A stretch of DNA of 60,141 nucleotides, taken from contig CAVEUC010000006.1 in NCBI GenBank assembly GCA_963619035.1, positions 1 to 60,141 of the forward strand, read 5' to 3'. The notes under the pieces were generated by a model that did no database searches, was not told the DNA's origin, and worked only from the letters and a program-made list of their open reading frames with translations. The position numbers and the translations under genes are program-made. This DNA comes from Lachnospiraceae bacterium GAM79. GTDB lineage: Bacteria > Bacillota_I > Bacilli_A > RFN20 > CAG-826. Position 1 is the first letter of the stretch, and every line of letters begins with the position of its first letter. Below are positions 9,209-17,567 of the stretch, piece by piece.

Positions 9209-11584
9209 TTATTTTCTGCTTTCAATCCAACCTTTGATTAAGGAAGCATTATCGTAAACTTTATAACTTCCATCATCTTGAGGAACTAATAATGTAGGTG
9301 CTTTTAAGATTCCTAATTTATTTGCTAATTCTTGATTTTCATAAGCATCATAGATTGTTACATCAATATGAGCATCAGCTAATAATTTTTTAGCAAGTTT
9401 GCAGTTAGGGCATGTAGCAGTTGTGAATAAAATTAATTCTTTTGAAACTGCTTTATTTTCTTCTTCGTGTTTTTCACAGCATTCACAAGTTTCTTTTTTC
9501 TTTAAAATTGAATTTCCAAGATTGTATTCTTTTCTATCTTTAAATTCTTGTGTTTTTCCGTCGTTCCAGTTTTGAAGTGGTCTATAGTAACCTGTAATAC
9601 GTGAATATACTTCGGTTTTTTTACCACATTTTGGACATTCATAATGTTCACCTTCGATATATCCATGTTCTTTACAAACAGAATATGTAGGGCTCATTGT
9701 GAAGTAAGGTAATTTATAGTTTTCAGCAATCTTTCTTACTAAATTCATACATGATTTCCAATCAGGAAGTTTTTGTCCTAAGAATGTGTGGAAAACAGTA
9801 CCAGATGTATATAATGTTTGGAATTTATCTTCGATATCTAATGCTTGGAAAATATCTTCTGTATAACCAACTGGTAAGTGGCTACTATTTGTATAATATG
9901 GAGTTTCGTTCTCTTTATCTCCAGCAGTTATAATGTTTGGATATCTCTTCTTATCGTGTTTAGCTAATCTATATGAAGTTGATTCAGCAGGTGTAGCTTC
10001 AAGGTTATATAAATCACCATATTTAACTTGGTAATCACTTAATTTATTTCTCATGAAGTTTAATACATCAACAGTGAAATTTTGTGCTTTTTCATGGGTT
10101 AAATCTTCTTTTAACCATCTAGCATTTAAACAAGCTTCGTTCATACCGACTAAACCGATTGTTGAGAAGTGATTATTGAAGGTTCCTAAATATCTCTTTG
10201 TGTATGGATATAATCCAGCATCTAATAATTTTGATACGAATTCACGTTTAATTTTTAATGATCTAGCAGCGATATCCATTAATTTTTCAAGTCTATTATA
10301 GAAATCTTGTTCATCAGTTGCTAAATAAGCGATTCTAGGCATGTTGATTGTAACAACGCCGATACTACCTGTAGATTCTCCGCTTCCAAAGAAACCTCCA
10401 GATTTCTTTCTTAATTCTCTTAAATCGAGTCTTAATCTACAACACATACTACGAACATCGCTTGGTTGCATATCGCTATTAATATAGTTTGAGAAGTATG
10501 GAGTTCCATATTTTGAAGTCATTTCAAATAATAATCTATTGTTTTCAGTGTCGCTCCAATCGAAATCTTTTGTAATAGAATAAGTTGGAATTGGATATTG
10601 GAAACCACGACCATTAGCATCACCTTCAATCATAATTTCGATGAATGCTTTGTTGATCATAGCCATTTCTTTTGTACAATCTTTATATTTAAAGTTGCAT
10701 TCTTTTCCACCGACGATAGCGTTTAATTCAGCCATATCGTTTGGTACAACCCAGTCTAATGTAATATTAGTAAATGGTGCTTGTGTACCCCAACGGCTAG
10801 GAGTATTAACACCGAAAATAAAGCTTTGTAAGCATTGTTTTACTTGTTTATATGTTAGGTTATCAATTTTAACAAATGGAGCTAAATAAGTGTCAAAACT
10901 TGAGAAAGCTTGAGCTCCTGCCCATTCGTTTTGCATAATACCTAAGAAGTTAACCATTTGGTTACAAAGAGTTGATAAATGAGAAGCAGGACTACTAGTA
11001 ATTTTTCCGGTAACTCCACCTAATCCTTCTAATAAAAGTTGTTTTAAACTCCAACCTGCACAGTATCCTGTAAGCATACTTAAATCGTGGATGTGGAAGT
11101 CTGCATTTCTATGAGCATCGGCTATTTCTTTATCGTAAACTTGGCTTAACCAATAGTTTGCAGTAATAGCGCCGCTATTTGATAAAATAAGACCGCCAAC
11201 TGAATAAGTGACAGTAGAATTTTCTTTAACTCTCCAGTCGTTGATATTTAAATAATTATCGACAGTTTTAGCAAAGTCTAATTCTGTAGAATGCATTTGT
11301 CTAATTGTTTCGTGTTGCTTTCTATATGTAATATAAGCTCTTGCAACATTTACATATCCAGCTTCGATTAAAGCAACTTCAACTGAATCTTGAATATCTT
11401 CAACTGTAATTGTTCCATTAACCATTTTGTTGCTGAATTTTGATGTAGCTCTAACAGCTATTAAATTGATGATTTCATCCATTGTATGGACGTTACAAGC
11501 TTCAAATGCTTTAGCGATAGCGTTCTCGATTTTAGCGAGATTAAAATCTACTATAGAGTTGTCTCTTTTTTTAACTTTTATCAT
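9209..11584 (-). CDS. nrdD: Anaerobic (class III) ribonucleoside-triphosphate reductase with a C-terminal thioredoxin-fold extension
   Basis: N-terminal ATP-cone, thiyl loop SMCCRL, zinc site CPKCG and glycyl-radical motif RITGYY. An extra C-terminal segment carries TATCPNCKLA. RBS GGAGGGttataaat. Confidence 0.95.
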   Translation of the reverse strand: MIKVKKRDNSIVDFNLAKIENAIAKAFEACNVHTMDEIINLIAVRATSKFSNKMVNGTITVEDIQDSVEVALIEAGYVNVARAYITYRKQHETIRQMHSTELDFAKTVDNYLNINDWRVKENSTVTYSVGGLILSNSGAITANYWLSQVYDKEIADAHRNADFHIHDLSMLTGYCAGWSLKQLLLEGLGGVTGKITSSPASHLSTLCNQMVNFLGIMQNEWAGAQAFSSFDTYLAPFVKIDNLTYKQVKQCLQSFIFGVNTPSRWGTQAPFTNITLDWVVPNDMAELNAIVGGKECNFKYKDCTKEMAMINKAFIEIMIEGDANGRGFQYPIPTYSITKDFDWSDTENNRLLFEMTSKYGTPYFSNYINSDMQPSDVRSMCCRLRLDLRELRKKSGGFFGSGESTGSIGVVTINMPRIAYLATDEQDFYNRLEKLMDIAARSLKIKREFVSKLLDAGLYPYTKRYLGTFNNHFSTIGLVGMNEACLNARWLKEDLTHEKAQNFTVDVLNFMRNKLSDYQVKYGDLYNLEATPAESTSYRLAKHDKKRYPNIITAGDKENETPYYTNSSHLPVGYTEDIFQALDIEDKFQTLYTSGTVFHTFLGQKLPDWKSCMNLVRKIAENYKLPYFTMSPTYSVCKEHGYIEGEHYECPKCGKKTEVYSRITGYYRPLQNWNDGKTQEFKDRKEYNLGNSILKKKETCECCEKHEEENKAVSKELILFTTATCPNCKLAKKLLADAHIDVTIYDAYENQELANKLGILKAPTLLVPQDDGSYKVYDNASLIKGWIESRK

Positions 11585-11808
11585 ATTTATAACCCTCCAA
11601 CTTCGGTTGCGAATATTTTAAACACAATTTTTATTTAAAAAAATATGAAAAAAATTTACATTTAAAATATGGCCAAAAACATAGGAAAAATATATAAAAA
11701 ATGCAAAGAAAATATCTACTAATAAATTACTAAAAGCCCGTAGTTGTCGAATAATTTAATTTTATTTTGACACTGTAAAAATTAGAAAAGTAAAATGTAT
11801 AAATTTTC

Positions 11809-11837
11809 TTGATATTTACTATTTACTTTTTTATAAT
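11809..11837 (+). promoter_or_regulatory. Sigma-70-like promoter (TTGATA-17 nt-TATAAT)
   Basis: -35 at 11809-11814 and -10 at 11832-11837, about 20 nt upstream of ATG 11858. Confidence 0.5.
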
Positions 11838-11857
11838 ACACTTAATAGGTGTTAAAA

Positions 11858-12340
11858 ATGAAGAAGAATTTAAAAGAGATAAGAATTAAGAATGGATTCA
11901 CTCAAAAAGAGATAGCAAATTTCTTTAATATGCCTTATAGAACATATCAAAATTATGAAGAAGGATTAACAACAATACCTGATTGGGTATATGAATTGAT
12001 GCTTTATAAAATAGATAAAGAAAATAGATATAATAAGGAAAAAGGTATTTATAAAATAAAGCAAATTAGAATATTAATTAAAGCTATATGTAAAAAATAT
12101 AAGGTCTCTAAATGTATTTTGTTTGGTGAATATACAACTAAAAATGTAAATGATTATTCTTATATAAAATTCTTGATAAGATATTCTGATAAGAATTTTA
12201 ATTTATTAGAATTTAAAAAAGAAATTGAGGCAGTATTAGTTAAAAATATAGAAATATATGATATTAATGAATTTGATAGAAAATCTGAATTTATTCAAAA
12301 AATAATTAAAAAAGGAATTTTAGTTTATAGAAGTTATTAA
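11858..12340 (+). CDS. XRE-type HTH protein fused to a degenerate MNT-like nucleotidyltransferase domain
   Basis: HTH IKNGFTQKEIANFFNMPYRTYQNYEEG. The C-terminus reads ILFGEYTT...YSYIKFLI where MNT proteins have LFGSxARG...SDIDLLV. The track ORF starts at GTG 11849; ATG 11858 is preferred. Confidence 0.6.
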   Translation: MKKNLKEIRIKNGFTQKEIANFFNMPYRTYQNYEEGLTTIPDWVYELMLYKIDKENRYNKEKGIYKIKQIRILIKAICKKYKVSKCILFGEYTTKNVNDYSYIKFLIRYSDKNFNLLEFKKEIEAVLVKNIEIYDINEFDRKSEFIQKIIKKGILVYRSY

Positions 12341-12390
12341 AAAAATAAATTTTAAATATGATAATATAAATAAAGTTAAGAGGTCTTTAT

Positions 12391-13377
12391 ATGATAAATA
12401 TTGAACATTATGATAAGAATATAGATTTTATTAAAGTTGATAATGGTGCTAACTTAGAATTTGTTTTTTGTAATTATGGAGCATCTTTATATACTTTAAA
12501 TTTTGATGGAGAACCAATAATTTTAACTTTAGAGGATAAAGAAATATTCTTAAAAAATCCAAATTACTTTGGAAAAACGTTAGGAATTGTTGCTGGAAGA
12601 GTTAAATGTCATGGATTTTTATTTGATCAAGAATACAATCTTTTAGATACAGGACATGATATTTGTCTTCATGGAGGCGACTTAAAATCTTTAAGTTATA
12701 AGAAGTGGAAATATGAAATTAAAGAGAACGATAAATTCATCAATGTTATTTTTAAGACAAAAACTAAAGATGGAGATAATGGGTTTTTAGGATCAGCAAG
12801 TGTTAAAATTATCTATAAAATTTATAAAAACACTGATAAATTTAACATTATTTTTAAAGGTAGAATACTTAAAGATTGCTTGATGAATCTAAGTAATCAT
12901 ATTTATTGGAATTTTGATTGTAGCAAAAATCTTGATGACTATAGTTTAAAAATGAACTGTGATAGAGTAGCCATAATGGATGATAATTTATTACATCTTG
13001 GCTTTGAAGATGTTCCATCTTTTTTAGATTTTAATAACATGAAATTATTAAAGAATAATTTAAGTTTTATAGAGAAGAATTTAAAAGTTGGAACAATCGA
13101 TAATACATTCTTATTTAAATATGATGAGAATCCTAAAGTTATCTTAAAAAATAAAGAATATACTTTAACTATGAAAACTAATTATCCTGCTATGAATATT
13201 TATGTAGATAATTCTTTAATTGATTATAAATTCAAAAATATGGATGGTAATTTTAAAAGAAGAGGTATAGCTTTAGAACCTCAATTATTTGGTTTTAATA
13301 AAGATAGCATCTCTTTTGAAAAAGGTGATACATATAATTATAAAATTGAATATTCAATAAAAAGGAATGGGAAATAA
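12391..13377 (+). CDS. galM: Aldose 1-epimerase (galactose mutarotase family)
   Basis: Motifs LHGG and GIALEPQ. Lies next to the galactokinase-like gene. RBS aAGAGGtc. Confidence 0.75.
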   Translation: MINIEHYDKNIDFIKVDNGANLEFVFCNYGASLYTLNFDGEPIILTLEDKEIFLKNPNYFGKTLGIVAGRVKCHGFLFDQEYNLLDTGHDICLHGGDLKSLSYKKWKYEIKENDKFINVIFKTKTKDGDNGFLGSASVKIIYKIYKNTDKFNIIFKGRILKDCLMNLSNHIYWNFDCSKNLDDYSLKMNCDRVAIMDDNLLHLGFEDVPSFLDFNNMKLLKNNLSFIEKNLKVGTIDNTFLFKYDENPKVILKNKEYTLTMKTNYPAMNIYVDNSLIDYKFKNMDGNFKRRGIALEPQLFGFNKDSISFEKGDTYNYKIEYSIKRNGK

Positions 13378-14539
13378 TATGGAAAATGAACTTATTAATG
13401 GTTTTATAGAAAGATATAAAGAGAGACCAGATTATATTTATGATGCTGGAGGAAGGTTTGAAATATTAGGAAATCACACAGATCATAATCATGGTTTATG
13501 TTTAGTAGCAAATTGCTCATTAAGAATTTATGCTGCTATTAAAAAATGTGATGATACTATCGAAGTTAAATCAAAAGGTTATTCTTTTTATAAATTTAAC
13601 TTAAAAGATTTAGATTCTAATTTATATATACCTCCATCAAGTAAAGCTATAAACTATGGAATTCTAAAAAAATTAAAATCACTAGGATATAAAGTAGGTG
13701 GTTTTAAAGCTTATATTATGAGTGAAATTCCTGATGGAAGTGGAGTTTCAAGTTCTGCAGCTATAGAATCTTTATTTGGTTATATTGTTTCTTATTTATA
13801 TAATGATGGAAAAATTTCACCTTTATTAATTGCTAAAATCGGTCAATATAGTGAGAATGTATTTTTTAAAAAACCATGCGGTTTACTTGATCAAATTGGT
13901 ACAAGTTATCCTAATTGTAATTTTATAGATTTTAAGAATATAGAAAATCCTGTTATTAGTAATATAGATTTTGATTTACCTTTATCTTTATATTTAATTA
14001 AATCAAGTGGAGATCATGCTAATTTAACACCATTATATGCAGCTATTCCTTCAAATATGAAAGAAGTAGCTAGATTAATTGGTAATAAAGGATATTTAAG
14101 AGATTTAGATGATACGAATATTTTTGAAAAGATTGATAATTTAAATATCAGCGAAACTAAAAAGAATATGGCAAAACATTTCTTTATTGAAAATCAAAAT
14201 GTTTTGGATGGTAAAAAAGCTATAGAAAATAATGATGTTGAAGGATTTTTAACTACGATTAGAAAGAGTCAAAATAGCAGCAAAAACAATTTAAAAAATA
14301 CATTTGTTGAAGGTGATGAATATTTAGATTCTCCTCAAGATATCATTGATAAAGTTGAAAAATATATAGGAAGTCATGGTGCTATTAGAATTCATGGTGG
14401 TGGATTTAAAGGAACTGTTTTAACTTTTATTAAGAATGATTTTAAAGACGAATTTGAAAAATTCTTAGAAGAAAATTATAAAGATAGATATTATAAAGTT
14501 AGTATTTCTAAAAATGCTATTAATATAAAAACTCTATAA
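13367..14539 (+). CDS. galK: Galactokinase-like GHMP kinase
   Basis: Signature-like GRFEILGNHTDHNHG and GHMP motif PDGSGVSSSAA. Alternative start at ATG 13379. Confidence 0.75.
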   Translation: MGNNMENELINGFIERYKERPDYIYDAGGRFEILGNHTDHNHGLCLVANCSLRIYAAIKKCDDTIEVKSKGYSFYKFNLKDLDSNLYIPPSSKAINYGILKKLKSLGYKVGGFKAYIMSEIPDGSGVSSSAAIESLFGYIVSYLYNDGKISPLLIAKIGQYSENVFFKKPCGLLDQIGTSYPNCNFIDFKNIENPVISNIDFDLPLSLYLIKSSGDHANLTPLYAAIPSNMKEVARLIGNKGYLRDLDDTNIFEKIDNLNISETKKNMAKHFFIENQNVLDGKKAIENNDVEGFLTTIRKSQNSSKNNLKNTFVEGDEYLDSPQDIIDKVEKYIGSHGAIRIHGGGFKGTVLTFIKNDFKDEFEKFLEENYKDRYYKVSISKNAINIKTL

Positions 14540-14552
14540 AAAAAGCCAAATT

Positions 14553-15107
14553 TTATTTGGCCATTTTTTCCCATTCTTCGATTTCTTTTGTTTCAGGAAC
14601 GAAGATGTAGTTGTAATTTCTACATAATCCTTTGTAATCTAATCCATATCCAATAAGGAATTTATTTTCTCTTAATGTGATACCACAATAATCGACATTG
14701 AAATCGACTTTTCTTAATGCTTTTTTGTCGATTAAACAAACTGTTGTAATAGATCTAGGTTGATATTTGATTAAGATATATTGTTTTAAATAATTGATTG
14801 TTAATCCTGTATCGACGACATCTTCGAAGAAGACAACATCTTTATCTTTAATATCTTCTACAATATCTTTATTTAAATGAATTACTCCAGTTGAACTTAA
14901 ACCAACATATGAACTTGTTTCCATAAAGTCGATTTTTACAGGTTTTTGATAATTTTTTAAAACATCCATAAAAAATGGAGTAGCACCTTTTAAAACACCA
15001 ATAAAAATAGGAGCCTTATCTGATTTTTCAAATTTTGCCTCTAGTTCTTTTGCGATTTTTACACAGATTTCTTGAATTTCTTCACTAGTTAAAATAATTT
15101 CTTTCAT
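14553..15107 (-). CDS. hpt: Hypoxanthine phosphoribosyltransferase
   Basis: PRPP motif VVFFEDVVDTGLT. Start moved to MKEIILTSEEI (ATG 15107), because the 21-residue extension in the track ORF is hydrophobic read-through. Confidence 0.85.
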   Translation of the reverse strand: MKEIILTSEEIQEICVKIAKELEAKFEKSDKAPIFIGVLKGATPFFMDVLKNYQKPVKIDFMETSSYVGLSSTGVIHLNKDIVEDIKDKDVVFFEDVVDTGLTINYLKQYILIKYQPRSITTVCLIDKKALRKVDFNVDYCGITLRENKFLIGYGLDYKGLCRNYNYIFVPETKEIEEWEKMAK

Positions 15108-15241
15108 AATTTCTACCTTATATGTAAAGATTATAGAAAAATAAATTTTAAAAATGAATACGATTTGCAAAAATTAATAATTATTTAATATAAAAGTATA
15201 TTTATGGTAAAATTTATTAAACAAAGATAAGGAGAATATCT

Positions 15242-15634
15242 ATGTATTGTTCTAAATGCGGCGCTAAAGTAAATGAAGGTGAATCATTTTGTTCTCAATG
15301 TGGTGAACCATTAAATAAAAATGAAGAGAATAGTGTTGAAGTCGTTAATGAATCTAATGTAGTTTCGACTAATACTGAAGTTAGATCTAATAATAATAAT
15401 TCGTCTATACCTATGGATAGTTTTGCTATTCCTGGATTTGTTCTTTCGTTATGTGGATTATCAATATTAGGAGTTATTTTTTCTGCAATAAGTTATTCAA
15501 GAATTAGTAAAGGTCAAACTAGAGGTAGAGGATTCGCTTTAGCTGGATTAATTATTTCAATTGTTTCTATAGTTGCTGTATTTTTATACATAATTTTTAT
15601 TTACGTAGTAGTTTCTTCATCTGGTGGATTATAA
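15242..15634 (+). CDS. Zinc-ribbon plus DUF4190-like membrane protein
   Basis: N-terminal CSKCG...CSQCG and two C-terminal TM helices. RBS aAGGAGaatatct. Confidence 0.6.
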   Translation: MYCSKCGAKVNEGESFCSQCGEPLNKNEENSVEVVNESNVVSTNTEVRSNNNNSSIPMDSFAIPGFVLSLCGLSILGVIFSAISYSRISKGQTRGRGFALAGLIISIVSIVAVFLYIIFIYVVVSSSGGL

Positions 15635-15688
15635 ATAAATGATATTTTGATTAAATAAGTTTATAATTTATAAGAAAGGTTTATAGGT

Positions 15689-16366
15689 ATGGAAGAAGGA
15701 TTTAAAGAGTTAAGCAATTATATTAAAGAAATTGAAAATTTTAAGTTACCTGATTATAAAGATATTCCTCAAATTCCATTATATATGGAACAAGTTATCG
15801 GTTATATCAGTGAAGTTTTAAGTCCTATTTCTAAAGGAGATGAACAACCTTTAACACCATTTATGGTTAATAATTATGTTAAAGCAAAAATGATAACTCC
15901 ACCTACAAAGAAGAAATACAATACAAATCATATTGGATATTTATTAAGTATATCTTTATTAAAGAATGTTGTTTCAATGAAGGATTTAGCTACTATTATC
16001 GAATTAGATAAAAGCTTTACTTCAGATAAAGAAAAATTATATGACTACTTTAAAGATATGCATGATGAGGTTATTAAAAACCAAGCTCATAGAGTTAAAG
16101 CTAGATTGGATGCGATAGAAAGATCTTCCAAAAGAGGTAGAAAAGGTAAATCTAATCAAAATGAAGATACATTGAATTTAGCTTATATTGCTTTAAGATT
16201 ATATATTGAAAGTGAAACTTCAAAGATGATCGCAGATACGATTATGGATAAATTATCTTCAATTTATCTTTCTGAACAAGCTTTAAAAGAAACTAAAAAA
16301 GAACAAAAATTAGAGAAGAAGAAGCTCATTAAAGAAGCGAGTAAGATTGGATCTAATAGAAAATAG
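15689..16366 (+). CDS. DUF1836-like protein
   Basis: Motif PLYMEQVIGYI...LTPFMVNNYVKAKMITPPTKKKY recalled from DUF1836. K/E-rich C-terminus. Confidence 0.55.
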   Translation: MEEGFKELSNYIKEIENFKLPDYKDIPQIPLYMEQVIGYISEVLSPISKGDEQPLTPFMVNNYVKAKMITPPTKKKYNTNHIGYLLSISLLKNVVSMKDLATIIELDKSFTSDKEKLYDYFKDMHDEVIKNQAHRVKARLDAIERSSKRGRKGKSNQNEDTLNLAYIALRLYIESETSKMIADTIMDKLSSIYLSEQALKETKKEQKLEKKKLIKEASKIGSNRK

Positions 16367-16376
16367 AGGTGGATAT

Positions 16377-17390
16377 ATGAAGGTTTTAGTTACAGGTGGT
16401 TTAGGTTTTATTGGATCTCATACATGTGTTAATTTAATTGAAAATGGATACGATATAGTTATTGTAGATAATTTATATAATTCTAAAATTGATGTATTAG
16501 ATAGAATAAAAACTATAACTGGAATTAAACCTAAATTTTATAATGTAGATATTTCTAATAAAGAAGAAATGGATAAGATTTTTGAATCTGAAAAACCTGA
16601 ATCAATTATTCATTTTGCTGGATATAAAGCAGTAGGAGAAAGTTGCAAAAAACCTATTATGTATTATAGAAATAATTTAGATACTACACTTACCTTATTA
16701 GAATTAATGGAAAAATACAGCTGTAAAAACATAGTGTTTTCAAGTAGTGCAACAGTATATGGAGTACCTGATAAAATACCTCTTACTGAAGATAGTCCTG
16801 TTAAAAATGCAACAAGTCCATATGGTCAAACTAAAGTTATGATTGAAAGAATATTGAGTGATTTTTGCTTAGTCCATAAAGATTATAATGTAGCAATTCT
16901 AAGATATTTTAATCCTATTGGAGCACATAAATCTAAATTGTTAGGAGAAGATCCAAATGGATTACCAAATAACCTTCTTCCTTATATTAATAAAGTTGCT
17001 GTAGGCTTATTACCTTATGTTAGAGTTTACGGAAATGATTATCCTACAGTTGATGGAACTGGAGTAAGAGATTATATCCATGTATGTGATTTAGCTAAAG
17101 GACATTTATTAGCATTAAAGAAGTTAGAAACTAATTGTGGTTTATTTATTTGTAATCTAGGAACTGGAAAAGGTACATCGGTATTAGAAATAATTCACGA
17201 TTATGAAAAAGCTACAGGTATTAAGATTCCTTATGTTATTGAAGGAAGAAGAGATGGAGATGTAGCAATAAATTACGCTTCAACTTTAAAAGCTCAAAAA
17301 GAGTTAGGATTTACATGTGATTTTACTGTTTTAGATGCTTGTAAAGATGGATACGAATTCCAAAAAGAAGAAGCTAAAAGAAATAAATAG
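16377..17390 (+). CDS. galE: UDP-glucose 4-epimerase
   Basis: MKVLVTGGLGFIGSH, SSSATVYG and YGQTK. RBS aGAGGTGGatat before ATG 16377. Confidence 0.9.
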   Translation: MKVLVTGGLGFIGSHTCVNLIENGYDIVIVDNLYNSKIDVLDRIKTITGIKPKFYNVDISNKEEMDKIFESEKPESIIHFAGYKAVGESCKKPIMYYRNNLDTTLTLLELMEKYSCKNIVFSSSATVYGVPDKIPLTEDSPVKNATSPYGQTKVMIERILSDFCLVHKDYNVAILRYFNPIGAHKSKLLGEDPNGLPNNLLPYINKVAVGLLPYVRVYGNDYPTVDGTGVRDYIHVCDLAKGHLLALKKLETNCGLFICNLGTGKGTSVLEIIHDYEKATGIKIPYVIEGRRDGDVAINYASTLKAQKELGFTCDFTVLDACKDGYEFQKEEAKRNK

Positions 17391-17399
17391 CATTTTTCT

Positions 17400-17475
17400 T
17401 GGAGCGTAGACAAGCGGTAAAGTCATAGGTCTCTGAAACCTACATACGATGGTTCGAATCCATCCGCTCCAGCCA
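17400..17475 (+). tRNA. tRNA-Gln (anticodon CUG)
   Basis: Hand-folded cloverleaf. Acceptor tggagcg/cgctcca has the U1-A72 pair typical of Gln. Anticodon arm taggt-CTCTGAA-accta, T arm gatgg-ttcgaat-ccatc, encoded CCA. Confidence 0.9.
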
Positions 17476-17488
17476 AATAAATTATTTT

Positions 17489-17517
17489 GACAATTCAAAA
17501 AAAGAATTGTCTTTTTT
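17489..17517 (+). terminator. Rho-independent terminator after tRNA-Gln
   Basis: Stem gacaattc / gaattgtc with an A7 loop, followed by TTTTTT. Confidence 0.85.
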
Positions 17518-17567
17518 ATTTATTAATTCTAGTGCATTATCTTATTTTAAAAGTTAAAATATTATTA

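Noticed and set aside
9751-11621. Plus-strand ORFs 9751-9933, 10641-10889 and 11427-11621 lie antisense within nrdD. Similar antisense ORFs lie inside other strongly supported genes: 728-922, 4002-4205, 19673-19897, 22743-23033, 24226-24411, 24754-25020, 27896-28132, 29750-30028, 31705-32004, 32440-32706, 34949-35176, 37803-37994, 38683-38874, 43608-43799, 50213-50410 and 53651-53836.
   Set aside because: They are embedded in genes with unambiguous conserved motifs and have low-complexity or hydrophobic translations. None has a convincing RBS. I treat them as chance open frames.
11585-11848. Looked for NrdR boxes or a cobalamin riboswitch in the 264-bp region upstream of nrdD.
   Set aside because: Only half-site-like fragments such as acacaat were seen. 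There is no 16-bp palindrome pair and no B12-box, so the evidence is too weak to call.
14540-14565. Hairpin gccaaa-tttta-tttggc between galK and hpt, considered as a bidirectional terminator.
   Set aside because: The stem is only 6 bp, it overlaps the hpt C-terminal codons, and the T-run is interrupted. It is plausible but too weak to list as a feature.
14553-15170. N-terminal extensions in the track ORFs 14553-15170, 16347-17390, 17487-20393, 25289-26050, 33671-34255 and 58977-59687.
   Set aside because: The extensions are hydrophobic or low-complexity read-through, and one overlaps a terminator (17489-17517). Internal ATGs with better RBS or conserved N-termini were chosen instead.
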